From the NCBI GenBank assembly GCA_963730185.1, contig CAVSQW010000007.1:352001-416000 (forward strand): a stretch of DNA of 64,000 nucleotides, given 5' to 3'. Below, piece after piece: positions 17,022 to 26,618 of this stretch (positions within the stretch are counted from its first letter, which is position 1; the number at the start of each line of letters is the position of its first letter). The translations under genes were made by a program, and so were the position numbers. The notes under the pieces are model-generated. The model made no database searches and had not been told where the DNA came from. It was given only the letters and a program-made list of their open reading frames with translations. The DNA comes from an uncultured Gemmatimonadales bacterium (GTDB lineage: Bacteria; Gemmatimonadota; Gemmatimonadetes; Gemmatimonadales; GWC2-71-9).

Positions 17022-17951
17022 GTGTCCTCTCCCTCGACTCCGGGCGGGTCCGCCTTCCTCGACTCCGTCCGCCCGGGCCTGGCCTTGACCTTGGCCGGCG
17101 GGGGGAACCGCGCCTTCTATCAACTCGGCCTGTTGGGGCGATGGTGGAGCCGGCTCGAAGACCGGCTGGGGACGGTCGCCACCTGTAGCGCCGGCGCCTG
17201 TACGGCCGTGATCCTCCTCTCCGGCCGGCGCGACGAAACCTTCGACTACTGGCTGGCGAGACGGGCGCACGTGACCCGGAACTTCCAGTGGTCCCGCCTC
17301 CTGGCCGGCCGGCGTCCGACGCCGCACTTCCCGATCTATCGCGACACGATGCGGTTCGCGCTCGCCGACGGCGGGCTGGAGCGGCTCAAGGCGCGGCCCT
17401 TTCCGATCCTGGTGCTGGCGTCGGCGCCGCCTCACGGGCTGCCGGTGCCGCTCGCCGTGCCGATCGGGCTCGGGGCGTATTCGCTGGAGCGCTGGTGGCG
17501 GCCGGGTCGTCTCCATCCCGGGATCGGTCGGCGGCTCGGCTTCGAGCCGTTGGTGGCGGATCTCCGCGATGCCGCGAGCGTCGAGGAGGCGGCCGACCTG
17601 GTGCTGGCGTCCTCGGCGACGCCGCCCTTCACGCCCGTGGGACGGGTGGCTGGTCGGCCGGTGCTCGACGGCGGGATGGTGGACAACGCCCCGGCGTTCG
17701 TCGCCGAGCGGGGGGGCCCCTGGGACCGTCACCTGGTGCTGCTGACCCGTCCCTATCCGGCCGCATCGGTCGGCCATCGCGGCCGGCGGTGGTACGTTTG
17801 TCCGTCCGAGCCGGTGCCGGCCGATCGGTGGGACTACACCCGGCCCGCCCGGATCACGGCCACCATTGCCTTGGGCGAGCGGGATGCCGCCCGGCGCGAG
17901 GCGGAGCTCGAGCGATGGCTCTCTGTCCCAGCGGAGGACCGGAACCCGTGA
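17022..17951 (+). CDS. Patatin-like phospholipase
   Basis: GGGNR oxyanion loop, TCSAG nucleophile elbow, ASSATPP, DGG motif. Confidence 0.85.
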   Translation: MSSPSTPGGSAFLDSVRPGLALTLAGGGNRAFYQLGLLGRWWSRLEDRLGTVATCSAGACTAVILLSGRRDETFDYWLARRAHVTRNFQWSRLLAGRRPTPHFPIYRDTMRFALADGGLERLKARPFPILVLASAPPHGLPVPLAVPIGLGAYSLERWWRPGRLHPGIGRRLGFEPLVADLRDAASVEEAADLVLASSATPPFTPVGRVAGRPVLDGGMVDNAPAFVAERGGPWDRHLVLLTRPYPAASVGHRGRRWYVCPSEPVPADRWDYTRPARITATIALGERDAARREAELERWLSVPAEDRNP

Positions 17952-17974
17952 CGTCACCCCCTTCACCTGATCGC

Positions 17975-19369
17975 ATGCAGACCGACGAATTTCGGCGACA
18001 CGCCCACGCCCTGGCCGACTGGATGGCCGACTATCTCGACCAGGTCGGCCGGGAGCGGATCGTACCGGACGTTCGCCCCGGCGACGTCCGCCGGTCGCTG
18101 CCGCCGGAGCCGCCGGCCGACCCGGAGCCGTTCGAGGCCATTCGCACCGATTTCGAACAGATCGTCTATCCCGGCATCACCCATTGGGCCCATCCGGGGT
18201 TCTTCGGATACTTCCCAGCCAACCACAGCCCGCCGTCGATCCTGGCCGAGATGCTGACGGCGACGCTGGGCGCCCAGTGCATGTCGTGGCAGACCTCGCC
18301 GGCCGCGACCGAGCTGGAGCAGGTGGTGATGGACTGGCTGAGGCAGATGCTGGGGCTGCCGGCGGGCTTCACGGGGGTGATCCAGGACACGGCCTCGACC
18401 GCGACCCTGGTCGCGTTGATCACGGCCCGCGACCGGGTCCGGGACGACCTGGACCGCTCGACGGTGTACCTCTCGGGTGAGGCCCACTCGTCGGTGGCCA
18501 AGGACGCGAGGTTGGCGGGGTTCCGACCGGAGCGCCTCCGGCAGGTGCCGGTCGACTCGGCCTACGCGATGCGGCCCGACGCGCTCGAGGCGATGATCGT
18601 GGCGGATCGGGCGGCGGGCCTGGTGCCGGCCGCCGTGGTGGCGACGGTGGGAACGACCTCATCGACCGGCATTGATCCGCTCGCGGCGATCGGCGCCATC
18701 ACCAGTCGCGAAGGAGTTTGGCTCCACGTGGACGCCGCGTTCGCGGGGTCGGCGGCGATCGTGCCCGAGCTCCGCTGGCTGCTCGACGGGGTCGAGTACG
18801 CCGACAGCCTGGTCATGAACCCGCACAAGTGGTTGCTGGTCAACTTCGATTGCTCGGCCTATTTCGTCCGCGATCCGGACGCGCTCCTCCACTCGTTCGG
18901 CACCTCGCCCGAGTATCTCAAGACCCGGTACGACGCCGAGGTGGTCAACTATCGGGATTGGGGCGTCCCGCTGGGCCGGCGGTTCCGGGCGCTCAAGCTC
19001 TGGTTCGTGATCCGGAGCTATGGGGTCGAAGGACTCCGGGCCATGATCCGGTCCCACGTGGCGCTGGCGACCGAGTTCGCCGGGTGGGTGGAGGCCCATC
19101 CGGAGCTGGAGCTGATGGCGCCCGCCCCGGTGGGACTAGTCTGCTTCCGGAATCGGGCTCGCCCAGACGAGGCGCCGGAGGCGACCGACGCCCGGAACCG
19201 GCTCCTGCTGGAGCGGATCAACGAACCCGGCGACGTCTTCCTGACCCACACCGTCCTCGCCGGCCGCTTCACGCTCCGGCTCGCCCTCGGCCATCTCTCG
19301 ACGACCGAGGCCGTGATCGGCCTGGTGCGGCGGCGGATCGACGAAGCGCTCAGCCGACTGCCGGGCTGA
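17975..19369 (+). CDS. PLP-dependent aromatic-L-amino-acid decarboxylase family protein
   Basis: THWAHPGFFGYFP, SPAATELE, HVDAAFAG, NPHKW (PLP Lys), GRRFRALKLW; alternative GTG start at 17948. Confidence 0.93.
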   Translation: MQTDEFRRHAHALADWMADYLDQVGRERIVPDVRPGDVRRSLPPEPPADPEPFEAIRTDFEQIVYPGITHWAHPGFFGYFPANHSPPSILAEMLTATLGAQCMSWQTSPAATELEQVVMDWLRQMLGLPAGFTGVIQDTASTATLVALITARDRVRDDLDRSTVYLSGEAHSSVAKDARLAGFRPERLRQVPVDSAYAMRPDALEAMIVADRAAGLVPAAVVATVGTTSSTGIDPLAAIGAITSREGVWLHVDAAFAGSAAIVPELRWLLDGVEYADSLVMNPHKWLLVNFDCSAYFVRDPDALLHSFGTSPEYLKTRYDAEVVNYRDWGVPLGRRFRALKLWFVIRSYGVEGLRAMIRSHVALATEFAGWVEAHPELELMAPAPVGLVCFRNRARPDEAPEATDARNRLLLERINEPGDVFLTHTVLAGRFTLRLALGHLSTTEAVIGLVRRRIDEALSRLPG

Positions 19370-19751
19370 CCCCGCCGCCGTCGGCGCTCCCGAGCCAGTC
19401 TCTGGCCTCCCGCTCGGTCCGGAAGACGCCCGCCTCCAGCCCATCCTGCTCGGCGTAGGCCGAGTAGGCCCGGGCCAGTCCGTAGGTCAAATCCTCCGAC
19501 GCGACCACTGCGACCCGCCCGAGCCCGCTCCGGGTCAGCCCGGCGAAGCGGCGGGCCATCCGCTTGAGCTCGGGAAAGGCGACCTCGGGCGTGGCTTGGG
19601 TGGCGTCGATCAGAAGATCGTATCGAGAGGGCCGGTCGAGACGGGCCAGGAGCTCGCGCTCGAGGCCCGTGACGTCATCGTCGGTGATCGGCCCGGCGGC
19701 AAAGACGAGCACTAGGTGGCTCGCGTCGGGAAACGTCAATGTCAGTGTCAT
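19350..19751 (-). CDS. STAS/SEC14 (SpoIIAA-like) domain protein
   Basis: LLIDAT, RVAVVA, YGLARAY, VFRTEREARDWL pattern. Confidence 0.75.
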   Translation of the reverse strand: MTLTLTFPDASHLVLVFAAGPITDDDVTGLERELLARLDRPSRYDLLIDATQATPEVAFPELKRMARRFAGLTRSGLGRVAVVASEDLTYGLARAYSAYAEQDGLEAGVFRTEREARDWLGSADGGGVSPAVG

Positions 19752-19787
19752 CGCGGGGCCAAAAGTAGACGGCTCCGACGGCGACTA

Positions 19788-19864
19788 CAAGGCATTGATA
19801 TGGCAAGTTTTAAGGACGAAAATGAGTCGCGGTTCACGAGCTCAGGTGTTCAGAAAATGGACAC
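19788..19864 (-). promoter_or_regulatory. AT-rich regulatory island: IHF-consensus site and inverted repeat
   Basis: Minus strand TATCAATGCCTTG (19800-19788) matches WATCAANNNNTTR; GTGTTCA-GAAAA-TGGACAC at 19846-19864. Confidence 0.45.
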
Positions 19865-19887
19865 TAGATGCGTTTCGGGCCCATGCC

Positions 19888-20775
19888 TCACGACTCGGCG
19901 GCTTCGGTGATCGGTCCCGGGCCTGGAACGGGCGGAGTGCTCGGCGACGGGCGGACCGACAGCATCCCGGCGAGGATCATTCCGGCACCGAGCCACTGAG
20001 TGCCGACCAGGCGCTCGCCGAGGGCGGCGAAGCTCGCCACGGCGGCGAACACCGGCTCGAGGGCGAAGATCAGGGCCGCCTCCGTGGCCCGCACTTTTCG
20101 TTGGCCCACCAGTTGGCCACCGAAGCCGGCGATCGACGACAGGGCCAGGAAGATGATCAGGAACACGGTCCAGGGTCCGAGCTCGATCCGGGGCCGTTCC
20201 AGCAACGCGGCGAGACCGAGGCCGATGAAGGCCATGACCGGCAGCTGGGCGGCGAGCAGGTGCATCGGCTCGTGCCGGGGACCGAAGTGACCGGCCGCGA
20301 CCACGTAGATCGCGCCGCAGAGGGCGGCGCCCAGGATTAGCCAGTCGCCGGTGACCAGGCCGCCGCTGGCCGAATCGGGGCGGGTGAGCCACCAGGTACC
20401 CGCCACGGCGAGGCTCACGGCAACGAGGTCGCGGGGCCGTGGCCGCCGCCGCTCCACGAACGGGACCAGAAGCGGGACCAACGGGGTTGCGATGCTGAAG
20501 AGGAAGGCGGCCCGGTTGGAGGGGATCCGGTCGAGTCCCGTGATGAAGAGGGCGAGCTGCACGCCGAACAGGACACCGAGCCGGAGCCCGATCCGCCAGT
20601 CTTCGCGGGTCATGGCGGGATAGATTCGCGCCATCAGGGTGGACGCGAGCGTGAACCGGATCCCGATCAGGAGGAGAGGGGAGACCACGGCGAGCGCCAT
20701 CTTGTTGACCGTGAACGACCCACCCCAGATCAGGGTGCAGCCGGTCAGGATCAGAACCGCCCGCCGGTGGGTCAT
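19888..20775 (-). CDS. DMT/EamA-family transporter
   Basis: IWGGSF, RF, two EamA repeats, LEPVFA, LGERL. Confidence 0.9.
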   Translation of the reverse strand: MTHRRAVLILTGCTLIWGGSFTVNKMALAVVSPLLLIGIRFTLASTLMARIYPAMTREDWRIGLRLGVLFGVQLALFITGLDRIPSNRAAFLFSIATPLVPLLVPFVERRRPRPRDLVAVSLAVAGTWWLTRPDSASGGLVTGDWLILGAALCGAIYVVAAGHFGPRHEPMHLLAAQLPVMAFIGLGLAALLERPRIELGPWTVFLIIFLALSSIAGFGGQLVGQRKVRATEAALIFALEPVFAAVASFAALGERLVGTQWLGAGMILAGMLSVRPSPSTPPVPGPGPITEAAES

Positions 20776-23567
20776 CGGGCCGCCCCGACCGCGAGGTATC
20801 CGGCCAGGTAGTGCCCGGTGTGCGAGTCGGGGTGCGCGGCGACCTTCTCAGGGGTGCCTTGGACCACCACCCGGCCGCCGTCGGGGCCGGCCCCGGGGCC
20901 GAGGTCCACGATCCAATCGGCCCGCTTGATGACGTCGAGGTGGTGCTCAATCACCAACACGGTATGCCCGGCGTCGACCAGGCGGTCCAGGACCCCGATC
21001 AACATCCGGACGTCGTCCAGATGGAGCCCCGTGGTGGGCTCGTCGAGCACATAGAGCTTCCGGCCGGTTCGCTTACCGGCCTGAATCAGCTCCCGGGCGA
21101 TCTTGAGCCGCTGGGCTTCACCGCCGGAGAGAGTGGTGGCCGGCTGACCCAGCCTCAGGTAGCCGAGGCCGACCTGCTTGAGCTGCCAGAGGGCGGCCCC
21201 GAGGTGGGGCTGATGGTGGAAGCGGGTAATGGCGTCGTCGATGGTCCACTGGAGTACGTCGTGGATCGACTGGTTCCGGATCTTGACGTCGAGCACCTCC
21301 CGCTTGAACCGGGTGCCGTTGCAGGCCTCGCAGGGGACGAAGACGTCGGCCAGGAAGACCATCTCCACCTGCACCTGGCCGGCGCCCTCGCACTGATCGC
21401 AGCGGCCGCCGCCGGTGTTGAACGAGAAGGTGGCGGGCGTGTAGCCCCGGGCGCGGGCGAGGGGCTGATCGGCGAAGAGCTCCCGGATCTCGTCGAACGC
21501 TTTGACGTAGGTGATCGGGTTGGAGCGGGGGGAGCGCCCGATCGGCGCCTGGTCGATCAGCACCACGTCCTGAAGCCACTCGGCGCCGGTGATCTCGTCG
21601 ACGGGTCCCACCACCTCGCCCAGATGCTGCTTGGCGCTGACCCGACCGCGGAGGCGGGACTCGAGCTGCCGGTAGAGCACGTCGTGAACGAGGGTGCTCT
21701 TCCCGGACCCCGAGACGCCCGTGACCGCGATCAGGGTGCCGAGCGGGAAGTCCGCGTCGACCCCGGTCAGGTTGTGAAGGGTGGCGCCCCGGATCCGGAG
21801 CCATTGCGATCCGGCCGGCTGCCGCCGCGCGCTCGGGACCCCGATCCGCTTCTCGCCCGAGAGATACTGTGCGGTCAGCGTCCCCTGCGCCTCCGCGACC
21901 GGCCCCGCATGCACCACTTCGCCGCCCCGCTCGCCGGAGCCCGGGCCGAGCTCGAGCATGAAGTCGGCCTGCTGGATGGCCGCCAGGTCGTGCTCGACCA
22001 CCAGGACGGTGTTCCCCGCGTCCCGAAGCCGGCGGAGCAGGCCGAGCAGGCGGTCGGTGTCGCGGGGGTGGAGCCCGATCGAGGGCTCGTCCAGGACGTA
22101 GAGGGTGTCGACCAACCGGGCGCCCAGCGCGTTGGCCAGGGCGATCCGCTGGGCCTCGCCGCCGGAGAGCGTTCGAGTCTGCCGCTCGAGCGAGAGGTAG
22201 CCCAGGCCGACGTCCATCAGAAACGTAACCCGGGCCTCCAGCTCGGCCAGGATGTCCATGCCGATGGCCCGTTCGTTGGGGGTGAGCTCCAGGGCGCGGA
22301 GCCACGCCGCCAGCTCGGCCAGGGAGCGGGCAGCCGCATCGGCGATGGTGTCGTCCCCGATCCGGACCGCGAGGGCCTGGGCGTTGAGCCGCTTGCCCCC
22401 GCAGGCCGGGCAGGTCTTGGCGAGTTGGTATTGCCGGAGGAAGACCCGGATGTACTGCTTGTACCGCTTCTCCTCCAGGCCCGTGAGGAAGGGGAAGACG
22501 CCCACGAAGCGGCCCACCTTGCCGTGGAGGAGCTCGCGCCGGACCGGCGCCTTGAGGCGGCGCCAGGGCGTCGTCGGATCGGCGCCGAGCTTCCGGGCCG
22601 CCTCGAGCAGCAGCCGGCGGCGGGTCTCGTAGCGGGGCTTGGTCCAGGGGTCGATCGCCCCGTCGAGCAGCGAGCGGTCGGGGTCGGGGACGATGAGCGA
22701 CTCGTCGTACTCCAGCACCGCCCCGAATCCGTTGCAGCCGCCGCAGGCTCCGCGGGGATTGTTGAAGGAAAACAGGGCCGGGGTCACCGCCAGTGCCGGG
22801 GTATCGCAGGCGCTGCAGGCGGGATGCTCGGTGAAGCGGAGCCGCCCCTCGGGGTAGAGGATCACCGCGACCCCCTCGCCCTCGGCCATGGCCTGGGCGA
22901 CCGACTCGGCCACCCGCGACTCGGCGGCCGCCGCCCGGCTGATCCGGTCGACCACCACCAGCAGGTCGGCCACCCCGTCGAGGTCGAGCCCCTCGGGAAG
23001 CTCGTCCAGGTGGAGGGCCTTACCGTCGGCCAGGAGCCGGAGATAGCCCAGGGCGCGGAGGTTCTCGACGATCGCGTCGTGGGCCAGCCGGGCGGAGGCC
23101 GGCAGCGGGAACCCGATCTGGATCGGCACGTCGCCCAGCGCGGCGACCCGGGCCGCGGCGGAGCCGGGCGTGTCCCGGGCCACCGGCGCGCCGCACGTCC
23201 GGCAATACTGCCGCCCCACCCGGGCCCAGAGGAGCCGGAGGAAGTCGTAGACCTCGGTGGCGGTGCCCACGGTCGAGCGGCTGGACACGGTGGGGTTCCG
23301 CTGTTCGATCGCCACGGCCGGGGCGATGCCCTCGATCCGGTCGACCGCCGGTTTGGGCATCCGCTCCAGGAACTGCTTCACGTAGGTCGAGAGCGACTCG
23401 ATGTATCGGCGCTGCCCCTCGGCGTAGATGGTGTCGAAGGCGAGCGAGCTCTTGCCCGAGCCGGACGGCCCGGTGATCACGATCAGCTGCCGGTGGGGCA
23501 GGTCGACCGTGATCCCCTTCAGGTTGTGCTGGCGGGCGTTGACCACGCGGAGGACGGAAAGCGACAC
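20772..23567 (-). CDS. uvrA: Excinuclease ABC subunit A
   Basis: ARQHNLK, two Walker A motifs (GPSGSGKS, GVSGSGKS), two LSGGEAQR, zinc fingers, FSFN motifs. Confidence 0.95.
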   Translation of the reverse strand: MSLSVLRVVNARQHNLKGITVDLPHRQLIVITGPSGSGKSSLAFDTIYAEGQRRYIESLSTYVKQFLERMPKPAVDRIEGIAPAVAIEQRNPTVSSRSTVGTATEVYDFLRLLWARVGRQYCRTCGAPVARDTPGSAAARVAALGDVPIQIGFPLPASARLAHDAIVENLRALGYLRLLADGKALHLDELPEGLDLDGVADLLVVVDRISRAAAAESRVAESVAQAMAEGEGVAVILYPEGRLRFTEHPACSACDTPALAVTPALFSFNNPRGACGGCNGFGAVLEYDESLIVPDPDRSLLDGAIDPWTKPRYETRRRLLLEAARKLGADPTTPWRRLKAPVRRELLHGKVGRFVGVFPFLTGLEEKRYKQYIRVFLRQYQLAKTCPACGGKRLNAQALAVRIGDDTIADAAARSLAELAAWLRALELTPNERAIGMDILAELEARVTFLMDVGLGYLSLERQTRTLSGGEAQRIALANALGARLVDTLYVLDEPSIGLHPRDTDRLLGLLRRLRDAGNTVLVVEHDLAAIQQADFMLELGPGSGERGGEVVHAGPVAEAQGTLTAQYLSGEKRIGVPSARRQPAGSQWLRIRGATLHNLTGVDADFPLGTLIAVTGVSGSGKSTLVHDVLYRQLESRLRGRVSAKQHLGEVVGPVDEITGAEWLQDVVLIDQAPIGRSPRSNPITYVKAFDEIRELFADQPLARARGYTPATFSFNTGGGRCDQCEGAGQVQVEMVFLADVFVPCEACNGTRFKREVLDVKIRNQSIHDVLQWTIDDAITRFHHQPHLGAALWQLKQVGLGYLRLGQPATTLSGGEAQRLKIARELIQAGKRTGRKLYVLDEPTTGLHLDDVRMLIGVLDRLVDAGHTVLVIEHHLDVIKRADWIVDLGPGAGPDGGRVVVQGTPEKVAAHPDSHTGHYLAGYLAVGAAR

Positions 23568-23638
23568 GAAGGGAATAATAGGCGGGCCGGGAAGCCCGGT
23601 CGCCGGGGGCGGACTGTCGCATTACGTTTCCCCGTTCC

Positions 23639-24706
23639 ATGGCGAAACTTCTCACCCCCAGGGTGCTCAGGCGGGGCTTCGAGCTCTTCCTGCTGGTCTC
23701 CCTGCTGAGCTTTCTCGGCCTGCTGTTCTACGGCCACAACACCACCGCGCTCCTCGAGGCGATCCCCCGGATCCGCTGGCGCTGGGTGATCCTGGGGCTC
23801 GGCCTGGCGTCGATGGACTGGATTGGGGGTGGGCTCCGGAACTGGGTGCTGGCTCGGAACGTGATGCCGAACCCGCCGCTCAAGGGGATGATTCTCTCCG
23901 GCGGGATGAGCGCCTGGGCGTCGTACATGACGCCGCTGCAGTCGGGGGCGGCCCCGATGATGGTCTATACCATGAAGCGGTACGGCGTGCCGGTCCCGGT
24001 GGGGCTGACGGTGACGCTGATGAGCTTCGTCGCGACGGTGGGGTTCTTCGCGCTGGCCGGCCCCTTGGCGATCGTCTTCGGAGCGGGCAAGTCGCTGGGG
24101 GCGCACGGCGTGGCGCTGGGCATCTCGCTTTATGACCTCTTCATCGCCAGCCTGAGCATCTTCTTCGCGCTGGGTGTGCTCCTGGTGGCGGTGATCCTCT
24201 TCCCCCGCCTGATCCGCAACCTGGTCCACAAGCTGGCCCTGGCCCTCGGCCGCCGAAGCCGGCGGATCGCGGCCCGGTTCGAGGGGCTCGAGCGGGGCAT
24301 CGACCAGACCCACGAGGCGGTCGCCAAGTTCAACTCGCCCCGGGGGTGGCTGGCGCTGTTCGGGGCGCTGATCCTCTCCGGTCCGTCGCACGCCAACAAG
24401 CTCCTGGCCGGCTACGTGGCGCTCCGGGCCATCGGGATCGAGGCGCACTTCGTCGACGTGCTCCTGCTCCAGACGTTCATCACCTTCATGCTCTACTTCG
24501 CGCCGACTCCCGGGGCGTCGGGCATCGCCGAGATCATCTCGGCCGCGGTGATGTCGATCTACGTGCCCCGCGAGCTGACGCCGCTCTACACGCTGCTCTG
24601 GCGGCTGGTGATCAGCTACTACACCATCGCGTTCGGCGCCTTTGTCTTCTCCGGCTGGGTGCGGCAGGGGCTCAAGGGCATCGAGGGCGAGCCCGCGGCG
24701 GTGTGA
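23639..24706 (+). CDS. Lysylphosphatidylglycerol-synthase TM (UPF0104, flippase-like) membrane protein
   Basis: Multi-TM; TPLQSG, PTPGASGIAE, LWRLVISYY motifs. Confidence 0.85.
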   Translation: MAKLLTPRVLRRGFELFLLVSLLSFLGLLFYGHNTTALLEAIPRIRWRWVILGLGLASMDWIGGGLRNWVLARNVMPNPPLKGMILSGGMSAWASYMTPLQSGAAPMMVYTMKRYGVPVPVGLTVTLMSFVATVGFFALAGPLAIVFGAGKSLGAHGVALGISLYDLFIASLSIFFALGVLLVAVILFPRLIRNLVHKLALALGRRSRRIAARFEGLERGIDQTHEAVAKFNSPRGWLALFGALILSGPSHANKLLAGYVALRAIGIEAHFVDVLLLQTFITFMLYFAPTPGASGIAEIISAAVMSIYVPRELTPLYTLLWRLVISYYTIAFGAFVFSGWVRQGLKGIEGEPAAV

Positions 24707-26482
24707 CCGAGGTCGATCAGGACGAGCTGCCGGCCGAGGGGTTCGATCGCCGGCTGCTGGTGCGGCTGCTTCGTTACCTCAAGCCCTACCGGCCCTGGCT
24801 GGCGGGGTCCTTGGGTCTGCTCCTCCTCCAGGCGGGCCTCACCATCGTCGGCCCGGTGCTCACCCAGCGAGCGCTGGATCGAGCCACCCCCTCCCGCGAC
24901 GGCGCGCTGCTCCTCCGCTATTCGCTGCTCTACGTCGGCGCCCTGTTCCTGAGCTTCGGAGTGCAGTACGGCGACGCCCTCCTCACCGTTCGGATCGGGC
25001 AGCGGGTGATGTACGATCTCCGGATGGAGATCTTCCGCCACCTCCAGCGGCTCAGCGTCCCGTTCTTCGACCGGAACCCGGTCGGTCGGCTGATGACCCG
25101 GGTCACCGCGGACGTCGAGACCCTGAACGAGCTGTTCTCGTCGGGGGTGGTGACGGTCTTCGGCGACCTCTTCACGCTCGGTGCGATCACGGCGCTGATG
25201 CTGGCCACGGCTGGCGGCTCGCACTGGTCGCGTTCGCGGTGGTGCCGATGCTCTGGCTGGTGGTGACGGGGTTCCGGGGCCGGGTGCGGGAAGCCTTCCG
25301 ACATTCGGGCCCGGGTTGCCCGGCTCAACGCCTTCCTCCAGGAGCACTTGAGCGGGATCCGGGTGGTGCAGCTCTTCGGGCGGGAGCGGGACGCGGCCGA
25401 CCGGTTCGAGCGGGTCAATCGCGACCATCTGTCGGCCCACCTTCGCTCGATCACCATTTACGCCGTGTTCTTCCCGATGGTCGAGCTGGTGACTGCCATC
25501 GCGACGGCGCTGCTGCTCGATGTCGGGGGGCGGCGAATCGTCGGCGGGACGCTGACCATTGGCGTCCTGGCCGCGTTCATCCAGCTGACCCGACGGTTCT
25601 TCACTCCGCTCCAGGACCTTTCGGAGAAGGTCAACCTGATTCAGAGCGCGATGGCCAGCTCGGAGCGGGTGTTCCGGCTGCTCGACACGCCGGTGACCGT
25701 GGTGGAGCCGGCCCGGCCCCGCCCGCTTCCCCGTGCCGGTCCGGGGCGAGATCGGGCTCGAGCACGTGTGGTTCCGCTATTCGCCGACCGGGCCGTGGGT
25801 GCTCCGGGACGTGAGCTTTCGAGTGGCCGCCGGAAGCACGACGGCGATCGTGGGGCACACGGGTGCCGGGAAATCCACGATCATCAGCCTCCTGCTCCGC
25901 TTCTACGATCCGACCGAGGGCCGGGTGACCCTCGACGGGGTGGAGCTCCGCGAGCTCGCTCTGGCCGATCTCCGGGCCCAGTTCGGTTTCGTGCAACAGG
26001 ACCTCTTTCTCTTCACCGGCGACATCCTCCGCAACCTGGCCCTCGATCCCGCGACGACCGAAGGGCGCGTGCGCGAGGCCACCTCGCGGGTCGGGATCGC
26101 GCCGTTCCTGGACCGGCTGCCAGGCGGGCTCCGGCACGTGCTCTCGGAGCGAGGCCGGAACCTCAGTATGGGCGAGCGGCAGCTCCTGAGCTTCGCCCGG
26201 GCGTTGGCTCGCGATCCTCGGATCCTGATCCTCGACGAGGCCACCAGCTCGGTGGACTCGGAGGCCGAGGCGCGAATCGAGCGGGGAACGGCCGAGCTGA
26301 TGGCCGGGCGGACCTCGGTGGTGGTGGCGCACCGTCTCAGCACGGTGCAGCACGCGGACGAGATCCTGGTTCTTCATCGGGGCGAGCTGGTGGAGCGGGG
26401 GCGGCACGCCGACCTGGTTTCGAGGGGTGGGGTGTACGAGCGCCTCTACCGGCTCCAGACTGGGACTGTGAATCGTGGCTAA
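24703..26482 (+). CDS. ABC exporter, fused TMD+NBD (MdlB/MsbA-like); three apparent indels
   Basis: FDRNPVGRLMTRVTADV, SGIRVVQLF, GHTGAGKST, LSMGERQ, LDEATS; frame breaks near 25210, 25300 and 25730. Confidence 0.88.
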
Positions 26483-26555
26483 ATTGCGATTTTCCCAGCA
26501 CTTGGGCGTGATCGGCCCGGGCGGGCCCGCCGAGAGCCCGAGCCTGGGTGATTGC

Positions 26556-26584
26556 TTGCAAACCCCCTTGTCTCGGCCTACGTT
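26556..26584 (+). promoter_or_regulatory. Sigma70-type promoter of the FHA-PP2C-permease operon
   Basis: TTGCAA (26556-26561), 17 nt, TACGTT (26579-26584). Confidence 0.6.
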
Positions 26585-26618
26585 TGATGCCCGTTGTTCG
26601 AACAGGAACACGCTACGC

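Noticed and set aside
17022..17951. Patatin as a CBASS (CapV-like) effector
   Set aside because: No CD-NTase or other defence genes nearby
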